Assembly (NCBI GenBank): GCA_002811645.1
Contig: PDIP01000163.1
Span: 1-41,139, forward strand
Source of the DNA: Corallochytrium limacisporum Hawaii
Lineage: Eukaryota; Protista; Pluriformea
DNA length: 41,139 nt
Direction of reading: 5' to 3'
The notes under the pieces are model-generated. The model worked only from the letters and a program-made list of their open reading frames with translations, was not told where the DNA came from and did no database searches. Both the position numbers and the translations under genes were made by a program. Every line of letters begins with the position of its first letter. The first letter of the stretch is position 1. Below, piece by piece: positions 10,132-20,214 of this stretch.

Positions 10132-11979
10132 ATGTCTGCCTTGTATCGGGTTTCCCGCGTTGCCCGTCTGGGTTCCCGGGTCGCTACACCTCTGGCTGCT
10201 GGTGCTCTGCTGAGCCTAGGCGGCCAGCGCTCTCTAAAGAGCGCCGCTGATCTTGCTAACGAGACCTCGTACGTCAAGGGTCTGTTCTACGGTGAGGTAT
10301 CCGACCGTGCCTTCCCTTTTCCGGACACGCTTTCGGAAGAGAACAAGGAGATCCTAAAGTCTATGGTTGAACCGGTCCAAAAGTACTTCACTGAAGCCAT
10401 TGACTCCAAGAAGATTGATGAGACCAAGCAGATCCCCAAAGAGACCTTGGACGGCCTGAGGGAGATGGGTCTCTTCGGCCTGCAAATTCCCGAGGAATAC
10501 AATGGCCTGGGTCTCTCCAACACTGGTTACGCTCGGATTGTTGAGGAGATCTCCATGGATGCGTCTCTGGCTGTCACTCTCATGGCTCACCAGTCCATCG
10601 GTCTCAAAGGTATTCTACTAGATGGTAACGAGGAGCAGAAGAAGAAGTACCTGCCGAAGCTAGCCACCGGCGAGCACATTGCTGCCTTTGCTCTGACTGA
10701 GCCTTCATCTGGTTCTGATGCAGCTTCCATCCGCACCAAGGCTGAGCTGAGTCCTGATGGAAAGCACTGGGTTCTGAACGGATCCAAAATATGGATTTCC
10801 AACGGTGGATGGGCCAAGATATTCACCGTCTTTGCCCGCACGGTAGTAGATGGAAAGGACACTATGACCGCTTTCATTGTCGACCGTGACTTTGGTGGCA
10901 TCACCAGCGGGCCTCCTGAGGACAAGCTTGGTATCCGCGGTTCCAACACCTGTGAAGTTCACTTTGAGAACTGTAAGGTTCCCGTTGAGAACGTATTGCG
11001 GAAACCAGGTGATGGCTTCAAGGTCGCCATGAACATTCTGAACAACGGTCGCTTCGGCCTGGGAGCTGGCTCCGGTGGTGCGCTAAAGAAGCTGATTGCA
11101 ATGACGGCTGAGCATGCGACCACGCGTAAGCAGTTTGGTATGACTCTGGACAACTTTGAGCTGATCAAGGAGAAGTTCGCCAACATTGCTGTTGATGCTT
11201 ACGCCATTGAGTCTATGGCCTATATGACGACCAACATGATTGATCGCGGTGACCCCTCTTGTGAGGTTGAGGCTGCCATCTGCAAGGTTTTTGGTTCCGA
11301 AGCTGCCTTCCGGGGTATCAACGAGTGCATTCAGGTTATGGGTGGTATGGGTTTCATGAAGGACTACCCCTACGAACGCCACATGCGTGACACTCGCATT
11401 CTGTCAATTTTTGAGGGCACCAACGAGATTTTGCGAATGCTCATCGCCCTGACGGGTATGCGTGAGGTTGGAGGTCGCCTGCAGGAGCTCGGCAAGCTCG
11501 CCAAAGACCCCCTGAAGAATTACACGACTCTGTTTGGTGAGGCTACACATCGTCTCAGCGGTCGCTTCGCGCCCGACCCCGTACCGGGTGTGCACGCGGA
11601 TCTTGAGGACGAAGGTATGAAGCTTCGCGAGCTGACTACGAAGTTCGGTGGCGCCGTCGAGAACCTGTTGGCCAAACACGGCAAGGACATCATGGTGAAG
11701 CAGACTCAATCAAAGCGTATTGCTGATGCTACTATCGACCTGTACGCCATTACCGCTGTTCTATCCCGCGCTTCCACCGCTCTTGAGAATGGCCTACCCA
11801 CCGCTGAGCACGAGAAGATGCTGGCCCAGACCTTCTGCATGAGTGCCGCTCAGCGCATTAATCAGAATCTTGGCGACATTCGTCGCATGAGCCGCTACGA
11901 TGCTAACATCAACACTATCGCTGACGAAATCTTTGCCCAAGGCAAGTATCTCCCTGCCCATCCCACAGGCGTGAACTAA
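10132..11979 (+). CDS. ACAD9: Mitochondrial acyl-CoA dehydrogenase, ACAD9/VLCAD class
   Basis: Arg-rich presequence; AFALTEPSSGSDA, GSKIWISNG, RDTRILSIFEGTNEILR (ACAD9-type rather than the VLCAD RIFEGTND); C-terminal extension present. Confidence 0.92.
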   Translation: MSALYRVSRVARLGSRVATPLAAGALLSLGGQRSLKSAADLANETSYVKGLFYGEVSDRAFPFPDTLSEENKEILKSMVEPVQKYFTEAIDSKKIDETKQIPKETLDGLREMGLFGLQIPEEYNGLGLSNTGYARIVEEISMDASLAVTLMAHQSIGLKGILLDGNEEQKKKYLPKLATGEHIAAFALTEPSSGSDAASIRTKAELSPDGKHWVLNGSKIWISNGGWAKIFTVFARTVVDGKDTMTAFIVDRDFGGITSGPPEDKLGIRGSNTCEVHFENCKVPVENVLRKPGDGFKVAMNILNNGRFGLGAGSGGALKKLIAMTAEHATTRKQFGMTLDNFELIKEKFANIAVDAYAIESMAYMTTNMIDRGDPSCEVEAAICKVFGSEAAFRGINECIQVMGGMGFMKDYPYERHMRDTRILSIFEGTNEILRMLIALTGMREVGGRLQELGKLAKDPLKNYTTLFGEATHRLSGRFAPDPVPGVHADLEDEGMKLRELTTKFGGAVENLLAKHGKDIMVKQTQSKRIADATIDLYAITAVLSRASTALENGLPTAEHEKMLAQTFCMSAAQRINQNLGDIRRMSRYDANINTIADEIFAQGKYLPAHPTGVN

Positions 11980-12613
11980 GCACAGCATGTACCAGGCGGG
12001 GCCCTCTTGAACAACACCATCATCACTCGGTGTACCATAGGTGGTTCACCATAAGATATTTTGTTTATACGAATGCAACGTAAAAACACATGATAGAGCT
12101 TAAAACAGCATGCCTGTGTTGATTCTATTCGTGCTATTTGAGGGCCGTTATCTTAGGTGTAACTCGTGGCAGCCAGTGAGATTACGGGGTGCACAAATCA
12201 CCGCCGTGCTCACCTTCCCCACCAACCAACCCGGCCCAAGGACCCTCCCGCTCTGGTGGGAGGGAAATTTCTATCCAATCAACGCCTCCAACGAGCAATT
12301 TTCTGCCAATGGAGGGACTCAGGCTTACAGAGATTGAGATCGCGGGTGGGTTACCGGAGGTGGGGAGACCCGGCTCTCTGGGAATTTCACTATGGAAATC
12401 TAAACGTGGGGGGTTGCTGTGAAGCGCGTCCCGTAGCTCGTCCAGACAGCCTCGATTGGCAGGCACGGGAAGGCACATAATACATTATGCAGTACGCACC
12501 ACAAGTACTTACAGGGGTATATCAGGCCCTGACCACCAAATGGTGAAATTATTTCTGCACTTGCAAAGGGTATGGATGGCATGAAGCGATAAATCAATGG
12601 AAAGCGAACAAGT

Positions 12614-14293
12614 ATGGGTAATTCTCAAGCCAGAAAATTGACAAGGAAGTATGGATCAAGTCCGACTGTGGACTTGTCCGGGCAGAACATCTCGGTCCTG
12701 CCAAAGTACTTCACTCTCCTTATTCATATCACACATTTGAATTTAGCGAATAACAAATTCGCTGCCATTCCAGACGACATTAAGGATCTGAAGAACCTGG
12801 AATACATTGATTTTTCGGATAATGTTGTGTGTGCGTTCCCTGTCGGCTTGACCGAGTGCAAGAAGCTTACCACGCTGCTGGCAGCGAACAACCGTCTCTT
12901 CTTTGCACCCATTCCCCCAGCATTTGGAACCATGACCACTCTTACGAAACTGAATCTGCGCAAGAATACATTGGAAGACATCCCAGAAGAAATCGGGCTG
13001 CTCGTGAATCTAGAGTTCCTGGACCTCGGTGAAAATGAATTCAAGATTCTGAGCAAGGTGCTCTTCACCCTGACCAAGCTGAGAGAGCTTTGGATGGACA
13101 GCAACAAACTGCGTCTTATTCAGAATGGTGTTGAGAAACTGGTCAGCTTGGAACGCTTGTTTGTGCAGAACAACAATCTGAACCAGATGCCGGCTGATTT
13201 TGGCAAGATGCCGAAGCTGAGGGTACTGAACTATGAGAGCAACAACTTGCAGACTGTACACGCTGACGTCGGAAAGATGACCGGGCTTGAGGAGTTGAAT
13301 GTATCTATTAATCCCATTCTTGACGAATTCCCACTGACCGCAATGAAGTGGACGGACTTGAAGAAACTGCGCATGAGTGACACGGGCTTCAAGGTGATGC
13401 CGCAAATGCTGCAGTGCTGGGAAAACTTGGAGGTGCTCATCGTGCAGAATTGCCGTGAAATTTCGAACATCCCGGAGGATATTGGTGGGTTGACAAACTT
13501 AAAGACCTTGGTGATTGCCAATGCCAAACTCACCAACATTCCCAGCGAGGTTGGAAATCTGACAGAGCTAGTAACCCTCGATCTCAACAAGAATGAGTTG
13601 CTTGTCGATTCCTTCCCTAATGCGCTTGCACAATTGCAAAATTTGGAGGTCCTTAGATTGTCTGGTAACAATCTGGATGCCATCCCAGAGTGTGTTATGG
13701 CACTAGAAAATCTCAAGCAGCTCGAAATTGAGGGCAACGACATCAATCGCATTGAGGATTCTATCACTCGTCTGACAGGGCTCAAAGTACTGAAGGCTGC
13801 CGACAATCGCATTGAAGACATCACTGAGAACATTGGAGACCTAGCCGAGCTCAAGGTCTTTGATATGAAGGGTAACAAGATAGCCTTCATTCCTGCATCC
13901 TTTGGCCAGTGCACAAAGATGGTTCGGGCTGATTTCACAGGCAACCAGATCACTGAAATTCCAGTCTTCTGCCATGCATTCGACGACTTGAGATCATTCC
14001 GTATGGAACAGAACCCGATGATCTCACCACCCTACACAACCTGTGAGCAGGGAACAAATTCCATCATGAAGTACCTGAAGGCTGAGGCTTTGAAACAGGG
14101 TCTGATCACGCACGAGGAGCTTCGCCTTGCGGCTAAACTCCGGGCCGGCAAGGGACTCAAGTCCCAGGAGAACCTTGCCAACAGTGGCAATACTCTTGGT
14201 CATAGTCGTAAATCACTAGGGCAAAGTCGCAAATCCCTGGGTCAAAGTCGTAACACCATGCATCACAGTGGTAACACCTTAGTGAGCGCTTGA
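12614..14293 (+). CDS. Leucine-rich repeat protein resembling Dictyostelium LrrA, probably N-myristoylated
   Basis: About 20 LxxLxLxxN repeats, MGNSQ start, C-terminal cap NPMISPP...GTNSIMKYLK. Confidence 0.9.
   Translation: MGNSQARKLTRKYGSSPTVDLSGQNISVLPKYFTLLIHITHLNLANNKFAAIPDDIKDLKNLEYIDFSDNVVCAFPVGLTECKKLTTLLAANNRLFFAPIPPAFGTMTTLTKLNLRKNTLEDIPEEIGLLVNLEFLDLGENEFKILSKVLFTLTKLRELWMDSNKLRLIQNGVEKLVSLERLFVQNNNLNQMPADFGKMPKLRVLNYESNNLQTVHADVGKMTGLEELNVSINPILDEFPLTAMKWTDLKKLRMSDTGFKVMPQMLQCWENLEVLIVQNCREISNIPEDIGGLTNLKTLVIANAKLTNIPSEVGNLTELVTLDLNKNELLVDSFPNALAQLQNLEVLRLSGNNLDAIPECVMALENLKQLEIEGNDINRIEDSITRLTGLKVLKAADNRIEDITENIGDLAELKVFDMKGNKIAFIPASFGQCTKMVRADFTGNQITEIPVFCHAFDDLRSFRMEQNPMISPPYTTCEQGTNSIMKYLKAEALKQGLITHEELRLAAKLRAGKGLKSQENLANSGNTLGHSRKSLGQSRKSLGQSRNTMHHSGNTLVSA
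14174..14290 (+). repeat. Degenerate 21-nt (7-aa) tandem repeat in the LRR protein tail
   Basis: LANSGNT-LGHSRKS-LGQSRKS-LGQSRNT-MHHSGNT-LVSA. Confidence 0.8.
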
Positions 14294-14659
14294 GTACTGT
14301 TGAAAATAAAATGATCGCAAACCATGTGTACTAGAACGATGAATACAAACCCCTGTGGCCGATGCCCCCGATGTCCCCTTCGGGGGCCTATTTTCAGACA
14401 GCGCCGCTAACCCACCGCTGTCTAAAATACATCCTGAGTTTTGCGAGAGGGGGGGAGGGCGGCGGGTGGCTCCCACACCTCCGCTCGGTTTCCCAATGTT
14501 TTCTACCGAAAAAGGGAGGAAAGACGAGAGGGTAGGTCGAGCGGTGGGAGGAAAAGTTATGGCTCAGGAAGGAAAACGGACGACACCAGTGTATAGAAAG
14601 TATGACCCGCAAGGACCGCCAGGACAACTCCCCGAACACTGCCGCCAACCCAAACTCCT

Positions 14660-14681
14660 CCCCCCCCCGGTGGGGGGGGGG
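14660..14681. repeat. C-run/G-run palindrome
   Basis: C9-ggt-G10, about 380 nt upstream of spp. Confidence 0.7.
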
Positions 14682-15056
14682 ATCTCCGTTTGGCTTTTCG
14701 GCTGAAAGGGCCGCGCATTGGCTCTCGCTTGGTTGACGACAGACACGCGGACAGGAGGGGGGGGGGATCGTCCATTTCGACCCACGACGCAAAAACAGGA
14801 ATTGATTTCTTGGTGCGCTTTGCCAGCGGGGGGCTTGTTTTCCATTGCTCTACTTTTGTTTAGAAGCTGTTACAGGTACTTGATCTTGGTGTGGCCATGT
14901 ACAAGGTTTTGTTGGTGCTGACTTTATTGAAATTGTAAATAGCCATAGTGAACCTATACAACCAACTTAAAGATTTCACAGAAAAGGCCAAGTAGAACCG
15001 GTCTTGATCGAGTATACTTTTTATTTTGTCGTCATTCTAGTTGTTAGTTCTCGCTT

Positions 15057-15917
15057 ATGGTTGCGTCTGAGAGGACCAAAACTATTCTGTCGCATATATC
15101 TGCCAGGGAAGATTACGATACAACTCTAGTTATGGCCGAGCGAGACGAGAAAGCGTTTCTCTTGGTCACTGATCTTGACTGGACTTTTGTCGATCATGAC
15201 GACGAGACAGGCATGGAAGAATTGGCGGATATTCTGCAGGAGCATCGGAAAGCACACGGAACCAAGTTTGTATACAGCACAGGGCGGTCACCCGCGTTGT
15301 ATAAAGAACTGCGGGACAAGTACCATCTACCCCGGCCAGATGCGTTGGTCACATCCGTGGGAACAGAGGTATACTTTGATGATGCGAAATGGGAATGTGA
15401 CGGTGAATGGGCAAAGCATATTGGTCAGAACTGGAACCGTGATCTGGTGGTTGATGTTATCAAGAAGCGGAATTGGTACAACAACGAACTCAAGCCGCAG
15501 CCCACTACCGAACAGCGCGACTTCAAGGTTTCGTTCTTTGTGGAGGACAACCACTTCGGTCGCATTCAGCAGGATATTAACGATGCGCTCTCAGAGGCTG
15601 GTGTGAAAGCCACTGTCATTTACTCTGGTGGTTGCGATCTAGACATTTTGCCCATCCGCGCCGGGAAAGGCAATGCCATGGTGTTTTTGAGCGGGCGCTT
15701 CAACTTTGAGCCACACCAGGTGGTTTGCTCCGGTGACAGTGGCAATGATATCGCACTGTTTAGTATGGGCAGCCAGCGTGGCATCATTGTGGGCAATGCA
15801 ATGAAAGAGTTGCTTGAGTGGCACAAGAACAACCCTTCGGACGACAAGTTCTTGGCAAAGGCACGCTGCGGCCGTGGAATCGTTGAGGGTCTTCGGCACT
15901 TCGGATTTGTTGAATAA
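15057..15917 (+). CDS. spp: Sucrose-6F-phosphate phosphohydrolase (HAD class IIB, S6PP family)
   Basis: TDLDWT (motif I), STGRS, SVGTEVY, EQRDFKVSFF, YSGGCDLDILP..GKG, SGDSGND, GIIVGNA, EGLRHFGF; alternative ATG at 15132. Confidence 0.92.
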   Translation: MVASERTKTILSHISAREDYDTTLVMAERDEKAFLLVTDLDWTFVDHDDETGMEELADILQEHRKAHGTKFVYSTGRSPALYKELRDKYHLPRPDALVTSVGTEVYFDDAKWECDGEWAKHIGQNWNRDLVVDVIKKRNWYNNELKPQPTTEQRDFKVSFFVEDNHFGRIQQDINDALSEAGVKATVIYSGGCDLDILPIRAGKGNAMVFLSGRFNFEPHQVVCSGDSGNDIALFSMGSQRGIIVGNAMKELLEWHKNNPSDDKFLAKARCGRGIVEGLRHFGFVE

Positions 15918-16217
15918 GCACCCGATGATGGCAACCTCATGAAGGAACAGGTGGCCATTCACGCAACACATCACAAACAAGATAATGCCTGACGTGCACA
16001 TTCAGATATGCACGTACAGACACAAACAATACATGTAGCTAAAGAACTGAAAGCGATTGCCACCGGAACGTGAGTTCGGGATCAAATGAACTTGAACCCC
16101 AAAATTGTCAATACTGGAGAGTAATCCATGACGTTTAGTTTCAGAAGGTATTCGAAAGCGGACAAGAGAACTTACTCTTCAAATGACTTCTATGGTATCG
16201 GGGTTTTAGAATCTAGC

Positions 16218-16733
16218 TTACAAAGATTGGCAATACGCAAGTGCTGTAGTGTCCTGTTCATCCAGAAGCTTCTCGGGCCGCCACGTGAGGTCCACAAAGT
16301 AATTCTTGGTCAATTCTTTGTACACCTGGCCAGGATCGTCTTCTGCGGTGTAGTGAACGCTAACGATATTGAAAGTCCGTCCGTACTCGCCACGGGACAA
16401 GGAGACGCTAAGTCCAAGCCGATCGGCAGTATTTTGAAGAGCAAAGCACGCTCAACAAACGAGTCAGCGATCAGGACACCCAGTGGAAGCACATTGGTAT
16501 TCAGTTCCGTCTTCTGACGTAGATGCTCCAGCTCCACAGTGTGTACGGCCCATTCTCTTGGATTCACGGGACCACCCATTCGGTCGCACACGAAACGAGC
16601 CAGGGCGGTGACCCGCTCTTTCGTCGAGGTTAGGCAAGCAAGGATCTTGCTGGCAGCAAACGTTGCTTGCCTGGCGCAGGTCCTCGTCTTGTTCCTCGTT
16701 GACGAGGATGATGGGACGTGTGTCGTCCACGGT
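16218..16733 (-). pseudogene. ARMC3: Disrupted C-terminal EDR1/CTR1/ARMC3 peptidase-like domain, most like ARMC3
   Basis: Joining three segments across two frameshifts gives RPIILVN..DEDLRQA/ATF..ERVTALARFVCDRMGG..NTNVLPLG..ERALLFKIL/ADRLGLSVSLSRGEYGRTFNIV..YFVDLTWRPEKL. Frameshifts are at about 16667 and 16428; no upstream ARM repeats or start found. Confidence 0.78.
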
Positions 16734-18817
16734 CCGAGACCTAATCAGCCATTTTCACTGCGCCAATAGAGTAAGCGTAGTGGACAGGTCGGGTGCCGCC
16801 AGTTGCAGGTGAGACTAGATTCGGGCTTAAGCATCTATTGATTTGATTGTATATCCTTCATATTTTGCATCAAATTAATATGGAAATCAAGGGAACTCGA
16901 ACAATGAGAAACTCTATACAAATAGTACGAAGAATTAGACTGATCATTTTTGATCATCTGCGGATTTGAGGTCCTCCCTAAGTTTCCTCCGTGTATGTCA
17001 CAGGTCGGACGAGGGAAGGGAGGAGGGCCTCTGGCGAGCAACCACTTTTTCCACCACCTGGCGGGCCCAGCCAGACATTGGACTGCAGCATCAGGTGATA
17101 TCACCTACCTCCCCTAGCTCCGCCCCCGCCGCACCTAAACCCGCTTAGTGCTGTGCGTCTCGTTCTACTGCGGGGTGCCCAAAGGGGGCCAATATCTTCG
17201 ACCACCATTCTGCATGCCAACTGGCATCCAAACATTCTGACAGGCTGCGAGAGAAACCAGAGTAAGAGTGGAACTAAACGGCTTCAAATTGGGAAGGATG
17301 ATGCCGGTGGAAGTGGTGCCTGTGACGATCGCTTCTGGCCAACTCGCAGGGCCTAGATCCCAACGGGTACGGACGAGTAGGGGGGGGGGCTCGTCCCATG
17401 CACCGCGCCGTGTCAAACATTGAAGCTTCTCTTTCGTACTTGTCCCTTCTCATCCAATTTAGCGGAACATTATAGCAAATATACGAAGCTTTGCATCATA
17501 GTTTTCTAATCTCCGAGCAATGAGAGGGAATAATTGGAACTGAAAAATTTTTTCTTCAGGAGTTCCTTGAGTAAACACCGGGGCGATTGATGCTCAATAA
17601 CCCCAGTCTTTCCTGCGAAGGAAAAACGAGTCAATTTGTGGGGCAGCGAAGGTGCAGATCCGATTTCATCCCACCCAGGGAACACATACAAGGGGGCCAT
17701 GCAGCATCACAATGTAGTCTACTGTTGGGCACGATCACCACAGTGTCAACATCTAACATCCCATCTCTCAAGTTCTTTTCTGACCTTTGCTTCGATTTAC
17801 TACAGATACGCACGTACGTGCAGCGCCATGGCATCGTTCGATGCCGAGGATTCCTGCCCCACATTTGACATCACTACATCATATTGTTGTATCTAATATG
17901 TCTCTCTTATCTCTGAAAGCACTCGGTCGGATATAAAGGATGTCGCATCCTCCGGCGGGACCCATGCATCATTGATATGAATTATCCTAGGGTACATACT
18001 AAGTGTGGTCATTGGCTGGCACACAGACGGCACCAGCTGTTGTTGGGTTCTCTGGTCGGAGGCATCTGTTCAAACCTTAGAATTCATTCATAGACCAAAA
18101 CGAAGTGCCCACCTGGGAGAGAGTGTGTGGAGCGCTTGGTGCACCATAGGTCAGTGCTTGCACGCCAGTGCAGGTGGTGCTGTTGCTGCTGTTGCCTGCC
18201 GCTACTGCTTGTGCTGTTGGGACGATCAAGGTATTGAAATGGATTCATCATCCAAAGTGGCGCCCACAGCTCATAGTTAAACCTCCAAAAGGAAGGCCAA
18301 GTTCACTTTCCCTTGCCATTTCTTGGCTTGGTGTTACGGATAAAAACGACGAAAGAACGCGGGGGAGGTCAGGAGATGAAATTTTGCATCAAGACCCCAC
18401 ACACGCGCACCACAGTAAATTAAGATAACTGCCGCCCCAATGTGCGAGCTGCGGCCGTCTCGGGGAGTGGCAGGATGACAGTCGCTGGCAATACATATCC
18501 CCCCCTGTCGCTTGCTTTGTATCCTTAGTGAGTGCGCCAACTTTTTTTTTTTTTGGTTCGTGTGGCTTTTCCTCCACCTGCTTCTGTCGCCATCGGCCCC
18601 GGTGTCCCCTCGGGGTCCCTTCGCATTCAGGTCTCTTTTTTTTGTGTGGATGCAAGTGAAATTTCTTTGTGGGGGGAGGGGGGGAGGGGATGCGCTGCGC
18701 GTTTGGGGTGGGTGTAAAAACCACTACGCAAACACTGAGTCAATTCGCACGGCGTGAATTTTGCAGCGGGGAGAACGAAGGCGCTAGGACAAGATTTCTT
18801 CACCCTTGGCCCCCCCA

Positions 18818-19038
18818 NNNNNNNNNNNNNNNNNNNNNNNNNNNNNNNNNNNNNNNNNNNNNNNNNNNNNNNNNNNNNNNNNNNNNNNNNNNNNNNNNNN
18901 NNNNNNNNNNNNNNNNNNNNNNNNNNNNNNNNNNNNNNNNNNNNNNNNNNNNNNNNNNNNNNNNNNNNNNNNNNNNNNNNNNNNNNNNNNNNNNNNNNNN
19001 NNNNNNNNNNNNNNNNNNNNNNNNNNNNNNNNNNNNNN
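18818..19038. other. Assembly gap (N run)
   Basis: Ns flanked by C-runs on both sides. Confidence 1.
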
Positions 19039-19419
19039 CCCCCCCCGGGCTTTCCTTGTTGCGAACCATTGCGCCCTTGTTTCCACTCATACGCTCATCC
19101 CCGCCCATGTATTGCGTTCGGAACGCACTGGCACCCCGCCAAAGGTGGATTTGCGATTTACGCAGTTTGCTAGAGGTTATATTTATCGTATGAGGTTTCC
19201 AGGTCCGACCCGGACTCTTTGTTTATGGTGGTTCCCGCATGGATAAGCCATGCTATTTCATAGAAGACTAGGGGTAATCAAACATACGCTGACGTCAATC
19301 CTCAAAACGGTTTAACGAGTAGGTTTATGTGTGTGCGAAAACAGAAGACAGGATCTGAGTCACCAAAAAAGAAGCATATTTTCAGTTTCCAATATGATTC
19401 CTACATGAAGAGCATATAA

Positions 19420-20115
19420 ATGTCCTGTCCGCAAAGGTTAAGAATCACAATCGAGGCGCCCCGGGGCTATCCCAGGTATGATTTCGAGAGGCATGTATCA
19501 ATAGTTGGAATATGGTATGCCGTTGCCTTTACGGTATCCCTTTTTGCGGGACTCATGCCCCAAATGGGCAGCTTGTCGAAAGCGGATGAGCAACAGTCTT
19601 TGGCAATGGGATTCTGGTCCCTTTGTCACTACACGGGTCAACATGGTGCTGAACAGTCATGCAGTTCCCTAAATGCCAACTGCGAGGTCACCTTTGATCA
19701 CCATGATTACTTCATCTTTCAAAAGAAGGTACCAATCATTGACGAGGAGAACTGCTCCCAATGGAATGGATGGCGCTTTGCCTGGTTCTCTTCAGTAATG
19801 ATGCTGCTCTTTAGCAATGTTCTAAATTGCATTGGTGCCTTTAAACCACAATCTACCCTGCTATCCATAGAGTTCATTCTCAGTGCGAGCACCTTCATTT
19901 TGCTCAAGGGGTTAGTTATTCACTGCTTCGTTCTCAACAACCAAGTGCTCTTTGATGCCCTGGAAATGGTTGATGCGGAGGTTCCCGAACTGGCAGCTGC
20001 AGATCTGTCGTTTGGATGGTCATTACCACTCCTTATATTGACGCTTGTTGCGTTATTTTGCGGTCTCTGCGAGCATGTGAAGTTACTAAGAAATGTTCGT
20101 GACCACATGATCTAA
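19420..20115 (+). CDS. Four-TM protein of the claudin/PMP22-like superfamily
   Basis: TM1, then a large loop with GFWSLC..C..C..C (GLW-x2-C-like signature), then three more TMs, with LSFGWS preceding TM4. Confidence 0.72.
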   Translation: MSCPQRLRITIEAPRGYPRYDFERHVSIVGIWYAVAFTVSLFAGLMPQMGSLSKADEQQSLAMGFWSLCHYTGQHGAEQSCSSLNANCEVTFDHHDYFIFQKKVPIIDEENCSQWNGWRFAWFSSVMMLLFSNVLNCIGAFKPQSTLLSIEFILSASTFILLKGLVIHCFVLNNQVLFDALEMVDAEVPELAAADLSFGWSLPLLILTLVALFCGLCEHVKLLRNVRDHMI

Positions 20116-20214
20116 TTTATCTTTTGTCCTGTATAAGTTATACACACACACATACCCTCACATACATTTAGACATATCCATGTGTACACAGTCAACTTCT
20201 TATTTGATTTATTT

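Noticed and set aside
10287-13953. Long antisense ORFs inside ACAD9 and the LRR gene (similar ones in ALIX, importin and CLC)
   Set aside because: Expected shadows of codon bias in well-conserved genes.
17100-18500. Possible ARM-repeat 5' part of ARMC3 or a transposon remnant
   Set aside because: No ARM, transposase or reverse-transcriptase motifs and no terminal repeats in the frames I could read.
18669-19246. ORFs spanning N runs (also 34544-35078)
   Set aside because: Artefacts of translating through assembly gaps.
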